DNA of 64,000 nucleotides from Pseudomonadota bacterium (GTDB taxonomy: Bacteria; Pseudomonadota; Gammaproteobacteria; Pseudomonadales; Alcanivoracaceae). The DNA lies in NCBI GenBank assembly GCA_036230225.1, contig JAZAJX010000054.1, forward strand, positions 340 through 64,339. Direction: 5' to 3'. The position numbers were made by a program, and so were the translations under genes. Shown in pieces: positions 48,201-58,242 of the stretch (the stretch's first letter is position 1; each line of letters opens with the position of its first letter). The notes beneath the pieces were generated by a model, which was not told the origin of the DNA, did no database searches, and worked only from the letters and a program-made list of their open reading frames with translations.

Positions 48201-48855
48201 CGGTGCCGGCGGGAATATCCTGGCTGAAATTGCGGACCCGATTGCCGATCTCTCCCAGGCTCATGCGCAGATCGTGCAGGGCGGCAGCGGGCACCTGGAT
48301 GGCCATTTCCTCTTCCGGCAGGCCGATGAACTCCACCTTGCCGGCCCCCAGGGCGAGAATCTCGTCCTCCATCCGGCGCACCAACGGGCGCAGTTCCTCC
48401 AGCGAGCCGTTTTCCGTGGAGACCAGGATGGACGTGACCAGGGAATAGTTGGTGATCTTCTGGATCACTGGACGCTCCGCATCCTGCGGCAGGTTACGGA
48501 TGGAATCGATGCGCTGGCGGACTTCATCCAGAGCCAGCCCGAGATCCGTGCCGTCCTCCAGTTCAATAAAAATCGCTGCCGCTCCCTGCTGGGAACGGGC
48601 GATCAGTTTTTTGGTGTTGGGCAGGGTCTTGATCGCCTGCTCCACCGGGATGGTGATGGAGCGCTGAACGTCCTCCGGGCTGGCGCCTCGCCAGGGAATG
48701 GTGACGGTGATGTAGTCGAAATCAAAATCCGGAAACAGCTGGGTATTGAGCCGGTTAAGGCCCAAGAAGCCCAGCATCACCATCAGCAGCATCAGCAGGT
48801 TGGAGGCAACCTTGTGCTCGGTGAAACTGGCAATCAGGCCGCGTCCTTCACTCAC
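45238..48855 (-). CDS. RND efflux permease with C-terminal membrane extension
   Basis: GIIVDDAIVVGE, GIIVNDSIV and R.RAVLLTS.TT motifs. GTG start overlaps the adaptor gene's stop. Confidence 0.92.
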   Translation of the reverse strand: MSEGRGLIASFTEHKVASNLLMLLMVMLGFLGLNRLNTQLFPDFDFDYITVTIPWRGASPEDVQRSITIPVEQAIKTLPNTKKLIARSQQGAAAIFIELEDGTDLGLALDEVRQRIDSIRNLPQDAERPVIQKITNYSLVTSILVSTENGSLEELRPLVRRMEDEILALGAGKVEFIGLPEEEMAIQVPAAALHDLRMSLGEIGNRVRNFSQDIPAGTVGRDDAAKQLRALGQRRDERAFADLPLLTTADGQQLSLGDVALIERRPRDDQATLTYQGNPAIELQVMRGEDGDMLELADRVRQWGADFRTSLPDGVGMTFYFEAWKLVEERISTLLWNGISGLLLVIATLYFFLNARVAWWVMIGIPVSFLATLGLVWFLGGTINMISLFGLILALGIIVDDAIVVGEDTLTHLQQGESATRAALGGARRMFWPVVASSTTTIAAFLPLGMMSGAMGKIAFDIPFVMICVILASLLECFLVLPGHLHHSFRGVQVKASGLRERIDTGFNRFREERFRPLVAWAIRHRHLVSISAVCAFVLALTLVSTGWLKFTFFPPVDGDQLRAVVEFSSGTDSRQVDRFLSQLEHTLEETNEELGGHLVKTVISHHGAAAGFPNIGGRQDKFGDEYGTLVVEVYVGSDRDITNDELIQQWRDKLTLPAGLDQLTISQAEAGPPGKPIEVKLTGSDAPTLKQASLALQERLNDFAGVSNVDDDLPYGKEQLTFELTARGRALGLTLNDVASQLRAAFDGNLAQLYNEEDEEIEVRVMLPDSERRHFSAIERLPVITPQGEAIPLRDVVQFDARKGVDLLRRVNGELAVTVYADLDPDQGNANEIIATLNNGILPDLQAKYGIGIGYEGKLQEQADNMKDMATGALLGLAIIYVVLAWVFSSYSWPLAIMTAIFFGLTGAVIGHIFTAPFGIKFSMFSAMGLFGLSGIIVNDSIVLVSFYQQLVADGMERFEAIVEACVRRLRAVLLTSITTIAGLTPILFESSLQAQFLKPMAVSIVFGLFFGTALILLVVPAMLMLIEEQRDRFHGLGHTLAPGNWGTLAQRLWRFDPSHYRQQPGPEGLGGHLWWVMILGPLLLLVILIKFAGALVAITQCCTSLLPLLVPVGLISFIMVSFGAAFLWLFFLRREKALAAAKYWLLVTGFGSLVVSALAPMAGQEGQIVASAFWSQALWTLVIALIVLPILLWSRRAAHTLNR

Positions 48856-50155
48856 CGCGGGACCCCTCTTTGCTGTCAGCGCTGACGTCTGCGCCGGTAT
48901 CGGCATTGCTGCCAGGCACCGGTTGCGGGTCCACCGGCAGGCCGACGATGGCCTGGGGCAGCTGGGTGGTCATGATGCGCTCGCCACCCTGCAGATCCGG
49001 GGCACGCAGCAGCAGCCGTGACTGCGTCTGTTCCATGGCCTCGCCGACGATTTCCGCCGGCACCCGCTGGAGCTGGTTGTCCGCATCAATCACGTAGAGA
49101 CGGTTGAGTCCGTGCAGGGCGGTGGCAGGGAGGGCGATCAGGTTGTCCCGGGCGGGCAGGGTCAGGGTAATGGTCAACGGCCGGCCCAGCGCGGCCGCCG
49201 GCACCCCATCGACAAATTCAAACAGGCCATCCAGGCCACCGCGGGCCTCACTGGCCTCCCCGGCCAGCCGTTTCAGATTGAGTGCCACGGTGCGGCCTTC
49301 CAGTTCGGTGCTGGCGGCCAGTTCGCCCTGTGCCAGACCGTCGCGGACAGCGGGCAGATAGCGGTCCGGGATCTGCGCGCGCACCTCCAGCTCGGCATCC
49401 GCGAACAGGCTGATCAGTGGTTCACCGGGGCGGACGCGCTCCCCGGGTGCTACCGGGATCTGGGTCACGGTGCCGTCGAAGGGCGCTTCCACGCGGGTGC
49501 GTTCGAGGTCCAGCTCCGCCTGCTGGAGCTGGGCCTCGGCACTGGCCAGGCGGGCCTCCATACGTGCCAGCTCGTTTTCGAAGTCGTTGACGCTGAGCTG
49601 GCGCTGACTGAGGGACAGATCGGCACGGGCCTTGGCTTCTTCGGCCTGGTCCAGTTGAGTCTGGGAAACCAGTTGCTTGCCGCGCAGGGATTGCAGCCGC
49701 TGCAGATTATCCTCGGCCAGCTGGGCCAGCCGCTTTTCCAGGGCCAGGTTCTTGCGGTCGCTCTGGTAGCGCAGGCGGGTGGTCTGTAACTGGGCGGCGG
49801 CTTCATCGCGGGCAGCCCGGGCCCGGTCCCGGGCCAGGGCGGCCTCGGTATCGTCGAGTTGTATCAACAGGGCGCCAGCGCTCACTTTGCTGCCGGCCCG
49901 TACCGGAATCTCTGCCACGTTGGCGGTGACCACGGCTGTCAGGCTGGCGGCGCGGGGAGACTGGACCCGCCCGAAAAGCTGGATGCGGGGGGTATGGGCC
50001 CCGGGCTCAGCCAGCACGAAGCGCACCCGGTCGTGGCGTTCGCTAATGTCCCGGGTGGGGGCTGAGGGCTTGAACACGGCCAGTAGCACGATGGCCAGAA
50101 CGGTGCCCAGTATCACTCGGGCCACGGGGGGAATGTGTGTCAGGCGGTCTCGCAA
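48848..50155 (-). CDS. RND periplasmic adaptor (membrane fusion protein)
   Basis: N-terminal TM, coiled coil and RTRVEAPFDG motif. Confidence 0.9.
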   Translation of the reverse strand: MRDRLTHIPPVARVILGTVLAIVLLAVFKPSAPTRDISERHDRVRFVLAEPGAHTPRIQLFGRVQSPRAASLTAVVTANVAEIPVRAGSKVSAGALLIQLDDTEAALARDRARAARDEAAAQLQTTRLRYQSDRKNLALEKRLAQLAEDNLQRLQSLRGKQLVSQTQLDQAEEAKARADLSLSQRQLSVNDFENELARMEARLASAEAQLQQAELDLERTRVEAPFDGTVTQIPVAPGERVRPGEPLISLFADAELEVRAQIPDRYLPAVRDGLAQGELAASTELEGRTVALNLKRLAGEASEARGGLDGLFEFVDGVPAAALGRPLTITLTLPARDNLIALPATALHGLNRLYVIDADNQLQRVPAEIVGEAMEQTQSRLLLRAPDLQGGERIMTTQLPQAIVGLPVDPQPVPGSNADTGADVSADSKEGSRGE

Positions 50156-50169
50156 GGGAGGCTTCCTTT

Positions 50170-50188
50170 GTTGATAGCCATTCTCATT
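50170..50188. promoter_or_regulatory. Putative Fur box
   Basis: GTTGATAGCCATTCTCATT, 15 bp upstream of the adaptor start. Confidence 0.6.
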
Positions 50189-50352
50189 TGCTGCGTACTG
50201 TAGCGGCTTCTATTTGCTATGCCTACTTGGACAGGCAAAGACAATGACTCAGATTCGCAGACTGCAATGTTTTTATACAATCTCTTCAGGCCATTTTCTT
50301 GCACGTTCGGTCCACAACGCGTAAATCAGAGTCTGCAATACGTGGAGGCACC

Positions 50353-51063
50353 GTGACAGAACAACAGGACAAAATACTGGTCGTCGATGACGACGCCCGC
50401 TTGCGCAGCCTGCTGCAACGTTTTCTGGAAGAGGCGGGGTATGCCGTCAAGGCGGTGGGGGATGCGGAGCAGATGGATCGTGCCCTGTCCCGAGAGATCT
50501 ACTCGTTGATGGTGCTGGACCTGATGCTGCCCGGTGAGGATGGCCTGTCCATCTGTCGTCGTCTTCGTGAGGCGGAAAACCGCATGCCGATCATCATGCT
50601 CACTGCCAAAGGGGATGATGCCGAGCGTATCGAAGGCCTGGATGCCGGGGCCGATGATTATCTGCCCAAGCCGTTCAACCCGAGAGAACTGGATGCCCGC
50701 ATTCGGGCGGTACTGCGCCGACATGTGCGCGAAGTGCCTGGCGCCCCGAGCAAGGAAGACGGCGAGGTGCGTTTCGGCCCCTGGGAACTGGATCTGGCCA
50801 ACCGTACCCTGCTACGCGATGGCGATCCGCAGAACCTGACCACCGGTGAATTTGCCGTACTCAAGGCACTGGTGCAGAACCCGCGGGAACCGCTTACCCG
50901 TGACAAGCTGATGAGCCTGGCCCGGGGCCGGGAGTGGTCGGCCATGGAGCGTTCCATCGACGTTCAGGTATCCCGTCTCCGTCGACTGCTGGAAGATGAC
51001 CCTTCCAAGCCCCGCTACATTCAGACTGTCTGGGGGGTGGGGTATGTGTTTGTGCCGGATTGA
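50353..51063 (+). CDS. ompR: OmpR/AmgR response regulator
   Basis: LDLMLPGEDGLSICRRLR and RYIQTVWGVGYVFVPD motifs. Confidence 0.92.
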   Translation: MTEQQDKILVVDDDARLRSLLQRFLEEAGYAVKAVGDAEQMDRALSREIYSLMVLDLMLPGEDGLSICRRLREAENRMPIIMLTAKGDDAERIEGLDAGADDYLPKPFNPRELDARIRAVLRRHVREVPGAPSKEDGEVRFGPWELDLANRTLLRDGDPQNLTTGEFAVLKALVQNPREPLTRDKLMSLARGREWSAMERSIDVQVSRLRRLLEDDPSKPRYIQTVWGVGYVFVPD

Positions 51064-51157
51064 GCGCGCCGACGCTTGACGCCGCAGGTCTGACACTTAA
51101 AGTCGAAGAGTCTCTGTCTTGCCTGGCGCATGGCGTCAGGCCCCAGGCGATGTATCC

Positions 51158-52474
51158 ATGAAATTGTATCCCCGCACGGCCTTTGTCCGCTCCGCCATCG
51201 TGGTGGGACTGGTTATCGGTATCAGCCAGGCGCTGACATTGTGGTTTTTTGCCCGCAATGCCTACCTGCCCGGCATTCGCGAATATGCCCGTCTGACGGT
51301 GTTGCAGGCGGAGTTGGCGTTCTCGTCTTCCGGTGAGGAAGATGCTCGCCTGGCCTTGCGGCTGGCGGGTGCCACCAGTATCGAAGTGGCCACCCCGGAT
51401 AACCTCCATCAAGGCACCATGTTGCTTTCGCAGCCGGTGGTCAGTCGTTTCCGGGAAGAAGTGCAGGAGCGTCTGCGCGAACCGGTCACGGTGCGCCTGG
51501 AGGATAATCGGCAGCCAGTGCTGTGGGTTAACGCGCCGTCTTTTCAAGGGCAGTGGTTGCGGGTTCCCATGGAATTCTTTCGCGATTACGACCGTTATCT
51601 GCTGCTGGGCTGGGGCGTCACCGTGCCGTTGCTGGCCATTATCGGTGGGTTGCTGATTGCGCGGGGGCTCAACCTGCCTTTGCGACGGTTGGCCCGGGTG
51701 GCACTGAAGGTCGGGCGCGGCGAATCCGTGCCGGTGCTTGATACCACCCTCGGTCCGGAAGAAATCCAGGCGGTGAACTCGGCCTTCAACCGCATGACCA
51801 GCGATCTGCAGCAGGCACAGCGAGACCGTGCCCTGTTGCTGGCGGGGGTGTCCCATGATCTGCGCACTCCGCTGACACGTTTACGGTTGTCGGCGGAGTT
51901 CATGCAAGACGAGGAGCTGGCCACAGGCATCATCGAAGATATCGAGGACATGGATGCCATTCTGGATCAGTTCATTGCGTTTATTCGCGACGGTGCCGAT
52001 GAGCAACCGGATCTGGAAAACCTCAACGATCTGATTCAGGAAGTGGCCGGCAAATACCCCGCCGAACAGATTCGCTTCGACCTGCAGGACCTGCCCAGGC
52101 TAATGCTAAAGCGACTGACCGTGAAACGGATGCTGGCGAATCTGATCGGTAACGCGCTCAAGTACGGCGCGCCGCCAGTGGAAGTGCGAACGGCAGTCAA
52201 GGACAACGTGGTCTGCCTGACCGTGCGTGATCATGGCAAGGGGGTGCGCGAAGAGGATATTCCTCTGCTCCTGCAGCCTTTTTCCCGCGGTGAGAAAGCC
52301 CGTACGTTGACGGGCAGTGGCCTGGGGCTGGCCATCGTCAACCGTATCGTCGACATGCATCACGGGACAATTCGTCTGGCCAATCATGAGCATGGTGGGC
52401 TGCTGGTGGAGGTGTGTTTTCCTGTCACTGGCAAGTTTGTTCAGCCGGAATCCCTGTCAGCGGGCGTGCGCTGA
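51158..52474 (+). CDS. envZ: EnvZ/AmgS sensor histidine kinase
   Basis: [22 protein letters not shown] domain and GSGLGLAIV motif. Confidence 0.88.
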   Translation: MKLYPRTAFVRSAIVVGLVIGISQALTLWFFARNAYLPGIREYARLTVLQAELAFSSSGEEDARLALRLAGATSIEVATPDNLHQGTMLLSQPVVSRFREEVQERLREPVTVRLEDNRQPVLWVNAPSFQGQWLRVPMEFFRDYDRYLLLGWGVTVPLLAIIGGLLIARGLNLPLRRLARVALKVGRGESVPVLDTTLGPEEIQAVNSAFNRMTSDLQQAQRDRALLLAGVSHDLRTPLTRLRLSAEFMQDEELATGIIEDIEDMDAILDQFIAFIRDGADEQPDLENLNDLIQEVAGKYPAEQIRFDLQDLPRLMLKRLTVKRMLANLIGNALKYGAPPVEVRTAVKDNVVCLTVRDHGKGVREEDIPLLLQPFSRGEKARTLTGSGLGLAIVNRIVDMHHGTIRLANHEHGGLLVEVCFPVTGKFVQPESLSAGVR

Positions 52475-52699
52475 TCATTCCTGTTTTCTTTTGGAAACCC
52501 GATGCAACAAAAAAACGACATTAAGAGGCCGGGAATGTGCGCTGGTGCAAAGTCGGGTTGATGTAACAGGCGCATGCTGTTGATCAGATTTTTTGCATTG
52601 CTGTGCAGAAAAACCGTTTCAAGAATAACAGTATAAATTTACCGGGAATGGAAAATAAAAATCCCGGGATCTGTCAAAAGGCTTGGGAGAGCGCCACAT

Positions 52700-52874
52700 G
52701 ATGCATGTCCTGTTCGGGTCACTCCGACCCCTATATACCCTGCAAGAATAGTCTTTCCGCTGATTCTCGCGCCGTCCCTTCGGGGATTGTCGAGGCGCGC
52801 GTGAATGCCGATAGCCTGTCGCTGTTTATCAGTAACAGGTCTCCTTGGGTCGCACTCCTGTGCGGCCCTTTTTT
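52700..52874 (+). ncRNA. Candidate structured small RNA or leader (5' end approximate)
   Basis: Several hairpins ending in an intrinsic terminator, inside a 500-bp intergenic gap. Confidence 0.4.
52847..52874 (+). terminator. Intrinsic terminator
   Basis: GGGTCGCAC-TCCT-GTGCGGCCC-TTTTTT. Confidence 0.85.
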
Positions 52875-52977
52875 CGTTGCAGAATCGAAATGCCGGGTAG
52901 GATGTCAGGCCGGGCATGGCAAGAGGAAAGTGACCCTTGTAGGCTGATCATGCGTGTTGAATTTCCGAGGAGAGATA

Positions 52978-53532
52978 ATGAAAAAAGTTATATTGCTGTC
53001 ATTGCTGGCTGCCAGTACTCCGTTGTTGGCGGATGGTGTCTATCAACAGGATGGTTATCTGGGGCTTCAGTATAACCTGCTGAATCAGGAAACCGATGAG
53101 GATGATCTGGAGCCGACGGCACTTCAGGCCCGTTTCGGTATCCAGTTCAATCCCAACGTGGCGTTGGAAGGGCGCCTGGGGTACGGCGTCAGCGATGATG
53201 ACCTGAACGAAGGGGCTGCCTCGCTCACACTGGATCCGGAGTGGCTGGTGGGTGCCTATCTGAAAGTGGGGCTGGACAAGAGTCTTCCCGTGGCGCCCTA
53301 TCTGTTGCTGGGGCATTCCACCGCAACCGCAGAAGTGACCACGGAGGTGAGTACATTGCTTGGCACTGCGCGGGATACCGAGGAGCGGACGGCCAGCGAT
53401 CCGTCCTATGGGGCGGGGGTGGAAGTGAATCTCAACCCGGAAACCGCGCTGACGGCAGAGTGGGTGCAGCTGGATGATGATGATGGTTTCGATCTGACCA
53501 CCATCAACATCGGCATCATGCAGCGTTTCTGA
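52978..53532 (+). CDS. Small outer-membrane beta-barrel (OmpA-like TM domain)
   Basis: Signal peptide, G..FNP..ALEGRLG.G motif, terminal Phe. Confidence 0.88.
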   Translation: MKKVILLSLLAASTPLLADGVYQQDGYLGLQYNLLNQETDEDDLEPTALQARFGIQFNPNVALEGRLGYGVSDDDLNEGAASLTLDPEWLVGAYLKVGLDKSLPVAPYLLLGHSTATAEVTTEVSTLLGTARDTEERTASDPSYGAGVEVNLNPETALTAEWVQLDDDDGFDLTTINIGIMQRF

Positions 53533-53548
53533 GTCAGACGCTCCCCGG

Positions 53549-54745
53549 TCAGTCGCATTTCATGACAACAGGCGCAGCCGCTTGGCTGCGCTTTTCCATC
53601 GCTCGACCTGCCAGAAAAATCAGTAATCCGCCGATGGCCAGTGCTGCTCCGACCAGTCCGGTACTGGACCAGGTCATTCCCTGTTTTACAGTGACGCCCG
53701 CCAGCCAGGCGCCCAGCGCATTGGCCATATTGAAGGCGGCATGATTCATGGAGGCGGCCATGGTCTGGGCGTCCTCAGCCACATCCATCAGGCGGGTCTG
53801 TAGCGCCGGGCCCAGGGCCATGCTGGTGCCTACCAGGCCCACGAAGACGATGCCGGTCAGCGTCCAGTTGGCGGCGAAGTAGAAACCGGCCTGGACCAGA
53901 GCGCACCACAGCAGGATGGTGGGGATGGCCCGTAGCAGATTGCCATCGGCCGCACGGGCGCCCGCAAAATTACCGATGATGGTGCCGACGCCGAAGATCA
54001 TCAGCACCAGCGGGCCCCAGCGCTCGGCCATGCCGGCCTGTTCGGTGAGGGTAGGCATCACGTAGCTGAACACGGCAAACATGCCACCGAAGCCGATGCT
54101 GGCCACGCCGAGGGTGAAGAGCACCCGCTGTTTGACCAGCGCCGACAGTTCCCGCACTGGGCTGGCCTGGGGGTCGGGTGCCTGCCATGGCACCCACACC
54201 TTCACCAGCAGCGCGGTTAGCAGGGCGATGCCCCCCACCCCGATGAAGGCCACTTCCCAACCCAGCCGGTTGCCGGCCCAGGTGGCCAGCGGGGCACCGA
54301 CCACAATGGCGATGGTCAGACCGCTCATTACCCGGGCAACGGCACGGGCGCGCATGTGATACGGCACGGCAGAAGCGGCCACCAGTGCCGCGACGCCGAA
54401 GTAGGCGCCGTGGGGCAGGCCAGCCAGAAAACGCAGGCCCACAAAGGTCCAGAAATCTGTGGCCAGGGCACTGGCCATGTTGCCCGCGGCAAAAGTCAGC
54501 ATCAGCGCAATCAGCAGCCCGCGCCGGGGGACCCGGGCCGCCAGGGCAGAGATCAGGGGGGCGCCCACCACCACGCCCAGCGCGTAGCTGCTGATGGCAT
54601 AGCCCACATCCGGCACGGGGACTTGCAGATCCGTGGCTACCCGTTGCATCAATCCCATGATGACGAACTCGCCGCTGCCGATACCGAAGCCGCCCAGGGC
54701 GAGAGCCAGGGACAGACGAAGAAGACGACCGGAATCGGTGGGCAT
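53549..54745 (-). CDS. MFS transporter (DHA1, AraJ-like)
   Basis: EFVIMGL, ISSYALGVVVGAP and GLPHGAYFG motifs. Confidence 0.92.
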   Translation of the reverse strand: MPTDSGRLLRLSLALALGGFGIGSGEFVIMGLMQRVATDLQVPVPDVGYAISSYALGVVVGAPLISALAARVPRRGLLIALMLTFAAGNMASALATDFWTFVGLRFLAGLPHGAYFGVAALVAASAVPYHMRARAVARVMSGLTIAIVVGAPLATWAGNRLGWEVAFIGVGGIALLTALLVKVWVPWQAPDPQASPVRELSALVKQRVLFTLGVASIGFGGMFAVFSYVMPTLTEQAGMAERWGPLVLMIFGVGTIIGNFAGARAADGNLLRAIPTILLWCALVQAGFYFAANWTLTGIVFVGLVGTSMALGPALQTRLMDVAEDAQTMAASMNHAAFNMANALGAWLAGVTVKQGMTWSSTGLVGAALAIGGLLIFLAGRAMEKRSQAAAPVVMKCD

Positions 54746-54899
54746 AGGGGCTCCTGCGTGGGGCGTTAGGGGAGAGAGGGGACTGGGATTACCAGATTTG
54801 AATGGGGTTCATTATAGGGGCAATGCCGATCAAAAGCAGCCATGACCACGATGGGTGTTGTCGATGGGACGTATGGCTTCCCTCCCTGTCCTCGAACGG

Positions 54900-54932
54900 A
54901 ATGTCATCCCGGGCTCGCCCCGGGATGACATT
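54900..54932. repeat. Perfect 14-bp stem palindrome (possible terminator or REP-like unit)
   Basis: AATGTCATCCCGGG-CTCGC-CCCGGGATGACATT. Confidence 0.75.
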
Positions 54933-54944
54933 GCTGTGAGCCGT

Positions 54945-56897
54945 CTACTGCAGTGCGCTGATCGGTACCAGCGGAATGTTTACCCGTGAGGGCATGGCCG
55001 GGGAGCTGTAGATCGTGAGCGCCCCCAGCAGGCTGGTGAGCAGATCACGGATCGGACTCAGGCCATGGGGCAGGTCGCTGGCGCCCACGCTGATGCGCAG
55101 CCTCTCGCCGGCCTTGATCACGGCACTGGTGGGGAACACTTCCACGTCTGCCCGGAAGGGTTTCAGCGGTGTGATGGGGCGCCTGGAGTCCGCACTGAAC
55201 GGGTGCCAGGGCTGAATCAGTTTGCCGTTCATGAAGCGGGATTGGCTGGCATCGAAGGCACTCATGGAGGCCAGCTGGATGCCGTGGGTGAGCGGGCGAG
55301 CAATGCCGTTGTTGTCCACCACGCTGACACGCACGGTGACGTTGGTATCCAGGGCGGTGGTGGATGCCCAGATCTGGCCGGTGATAGGCCCATTGATGGC
55401 CATGGCCTCTTCCAGCGGCTCACTGGTATAGACCGCTTCCAGCAGATTGACCACATTATCCTGGCTGGCACAGGGGGGCAGAATCATGCCCAGAATGCCG
55501 GCGGTCCACTGGCTGGCGCTGGCAGAGCAGAGACCGTTCAGTGGTGTCTGCAGCAGACGGGTCTGACTGCTGTTGGCGGGCGCCGTGTCACTGATGCGGC
55601 CCAGCAGCGGCAGGCCAGATCGGCCGTGCAGATAAAAGGTATCGGCTTGTGCGTCCGGGTGGGGCCAGTCTTCCGCGGTCACATAACGTTCGGCACCGGT
55701 GTAGTACTGGGTGACCGGGGGGTAGGCCGGGGCGCCGGTGTCGATATCTTTCAGATAGTGATCGAACCAGGCCAGCCGCAGGCTGTTCAGGTCCGGGACG
55801 CCGTCCGCGGGCAGTCCTGCCCCGGAAGAGCCGTCCAGATGTTGCCAGGGGCCGATCAGAAGCTTGGCGGTGGTGTGATCCTTCAGCCCTTCATAAATCA
55901 GCGGTTCTCCGCGCTGGAAAATATCCTTGAGACCACCGACCACAAAGGTCGGGGCACGGATCTTGTCGACCTGTTCCAGCGGTGAACGGATTCGCCAGAA
56001 CGCGGTGTCGAAGCGATTCTCGTCACCGACCAGGGCACCGGCGATCACGGGGAGCTGGAAATCCACCAGGGCCCCTTCCAGGTGCTGGAGCAAGGTCGTG
56101 AGACTGTACGCCGGATCGCCATTGTCGAAACCGGTAGAGGTGGGGATCACCCCCAATCCGGTGACCAGTGCCATCCATAGCGGGATGAAGCCGGCATTGA
56201 CCTGGCCCCCGGAAAACACGATATCCCGGTAGGCATCGCCCATGGGTACCACCGCAAAGATGGCCTGGACCGCCGGATCCTGCTGGGCCCCGGTGAGCAG
56301 ACCGGTGATGCCCATGTAGGAGGGGCCGTTCATGCCGATGCGGCCGTTGCTCCAGGGTTGTGTCTTGATGTACTCGACCAGCTCGGCCATATCGTCCTGG
56401 TCCACCTGGCTGAAGGCCTGCCAACTCCCCTCCGAGGCGCCGGTCCCGCGCATATCCACGTTGATAAAGGCGTAGCCATGTTTCACCAGATCCAGGTCAG
56501 CGATCAGACTGCTGGACAGGAATTGGTTGTAGCCGGTGAAAGTGGCAATCACCGGGAACGCGCCCGGGATGGCATTGCCTTCTGCATCCGCCGGCAGGGT
56601 CACGGTGGCCGCCAGACGGATGCCGTCGCGCATGGTGATCAGCTGCTGGGGAAGGGTCACTGTGCCCGGGTAATCCGTGGCCCGCTGATAGGGCTCCCCC
56701 CAGGTCAGGTTAACGGCAGGAATGTCCTCATTCTGGCTGTCATTGCCGGTGTTGCCGCTGGCCGTGTCGTTATTACTACGGGTGGCCGGGTTGCTGGACG
56801 GCGCACTGCCGCCGCCGCCACAGCCGCTGAGAGGCAGAGCGATGCACAGCAGTACGGCCAGCACGCCACAGGCCGGGCGCGAAGAGAAAGGAAACAT
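54945..56897 (-). CDS. CocE/NonD family (peptidase S15) hydrolase lipoprotein
   Basis: MRDGIRLA, DMRGTGASEG, QPWSNGRIG..GPSYMG and GPWQH motifs; lipobox LSGC. Confidence 0.9.
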   Translation of the reverse strand: MFPFSSRPACGVLAVLLCIALPLSGCGGGGSAPSSNPATRSNNDTASGNTGNDSQNEDIPAVNLTWGEPYQRATDYPGTVTLPQQLITMRDGIRLAATVTLPADAEGNAIPGAFPVIATFTGYNQFLSSSLIADLDLVKHGYAFINVDMRGTGASEGSWQAFSQVDQDDMAELVEYIKTQPWSNGRIGMNGPSYMGITGLLTGAQQDPAVQAIFAVVPMGDAYRDIVFSGGQVNAGFIPLWMALVTGLGVIPTSTGFDNGDPAYSLTTLLQHLEGALVDFQLPVIAGALVGDENRFDTAFWRIRSPLEQVDKIRAPTFVVGGLKDIFQRGEPLIYEGLKDHTTAKLLIGPWQHLDGSSGAGLPADGVPDLNSLRLAWFDHYLKDIDTGAPAYPPVTQYYTGAERYVTAEDWPHPDAQADTFYLHGRSGLPLLGRISDTAPANSSQTRLLQTPLNGLCSASASQWTAGILGMILPPCASQDNVVNLLEAVYTSEPLEEAMAINGPITGQIWASTTALDTNVTVRVSVVDNNGIARPLTHGIQLASMSAFDASQSRFMNGKLIQPWHPFSADSRRPITPLKPFRADVEVFPTSAVIKAGERLRISVGASDLPHGLSPIRDLLTSLLGALTIYSSPAMPSRVNIPLVPISALQ

Positions 56898-57061
56898 GGT
56901 TCTATCCTGATTTTGTTATACATGTTTTCGCTTATGAGGATAGAAGTCGGCCGCCTCCCGATCTGTTGGTACCAGTGTGCAAGATAGTGAAAGAACCTGT
57001 GGGTTTCGTTTCCGAGTGTAAGAGAGAATGGCCAGGCCCGGCGGGGCCGTGGCCAGAGTTA

Positions 57062-58177
57062 TCAGGGGTCCAGGCGAAGCAGTGCCCCGTTGTTACTGTC
57101 CGTGAGCAGGTACAGATAGCCGTCCGGGCCCTGGCGCACATCGCGAATGCGCTCGCCCTGGTCGGCCAGCAGACGGACTTCGGAGACCGGTTTACGCCCA
57201 TCGAAAGCCACCTTGTTCAGGTGGGTCAGCTTGAGCGCACCGTGTACGGTATGCCCCTGCCAGTCCGGGTAGCGGTCGCTGGTAATGAAGGTCATGCCGG
57301 ACGGCGCGATAGAGGGGGTCCAGTGCAGCAGCGGCTGGGCGTAGCCGGCTTTCTCGGTCTCACCGATAGAGGGGCCGTAGTATTCACGGCCATAGGTAAT
57401 GACTGGCCAGCCGTAGTTGACGCCAGCGGCCACGGCATTGATTTCATCGCCGCCACGGGGGCCATGCTCGTTGAGCCAGGGTGTGCCTGTCTTCGGGTGC
57501 AGGGCCAGCCCCTGGGGGTTGCGGTGTCCCCAGCTCCAGATTTCGGCAGCCTTGCCGGCCTGGTCGGCCAGTGGGTTGTCCTCGGGAATGCGGCCATCGT
57601 CATGCAGGCGCAGCACGCTGCCGGCGGGGTCGGCGGTATCCTGGGCGCGCTCGCGCTGGCCACGGTCGCCGATGGTCAGGAACAGGTAGCCCGCGTCATC
57701 AAAGAGCAGGCGGCCACCGAAATGCTTGGCGGTGTCGGTACAGGAAGCCTGCGCCACATAGATGTCGCGAAAATCGACCAGCGCCTCATCCTGATAGCGG
57801 CCGTAACCCACCGCCGTGGTGGCGCCCCCGTCGCCGCAGGGTTTGGCATAGCTCAGGTAGAGGCGACGGTTTTCCGGGAATTCGGGATGGGGCAGCACAT
57901 CAAACAGGCCTCCCTGGCCGATGGCAACCACCTTCGGGACGCCGTGGATCGGGGTGTCCTGCAGGGTCCCCTGCCTGATGCTGCGCAGGGTGCCCCGGCG
58001 TTCGGTAATCAGCCATTCGTCATCGGGCAGGAATGCCAATGACCAGGGGTGGTGCAGGCCGTCCGTGATGACGGTGGCGGTTGCTGTGTTGTCGTTTTCG
58101 GGGTTCAGGGTGGCCGTATTATCCGCACAGGCGCTCAGGGCAAGGCCGGCAAGGGTAGCGAAAAGGACAGGGCGCAT
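57062..58177 (-). CDS. PQQ-dependent aldose sugar dehydrogenase (YliI-like)
   Basis: HPWSLAFLPD, GQGGL.DV, HFGGR, GHRNPQG and EHGPRGGDE motifs. Confidence 0.92.
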   Translation of the reverse strand: MRPVLFATLAGLALSACADNTATLNPENDNTATATVITDGLHHPWSLAFLPDDEWLITERRGTLRSIRQGTLQDTPIHGVPKVVAIGQGGLFDVLPHPEFPENRRLYLSYAKPCGDGGATTAVGYGRYQDEALVDFRDIYVAQASCTDTAKHFGGRLLFDDAGYLFLTIGDRGQRERAQDTADPAGSVLRLHDDGRIPEDNPLADQAGKAAEIWSWGHRNPQGLALHPKTGTPWLNEHGPRGGDEINAVAAGVNYGWPVITYGREYYGPSIGETEKAGYAQPLLHWTPSIAPSGMTFITSDRYPDWQGHTVHGALKLTHLNKVAFDGRKPVSEVRLLADQGERIRDVRQGPDGYLYLLTDSNNGALLRLDP

Positions 58178-58242
58178 GACAGGGGCTCCGATACGAATTC
58201 GATTCAGAGCATGCCATGTGCCCGTGACAGTTGAAACCGCCG

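Noticed and set aside
52700-52874. Known riboswitch (c-di-GMP, cobalamin, TPP) or Rsm/Crc-type sRNA
   Set aside because: Diagnostic motifs, repeated GGA loops and AANAANAA repeats were not seen. Kept only as an unassigned candidate.
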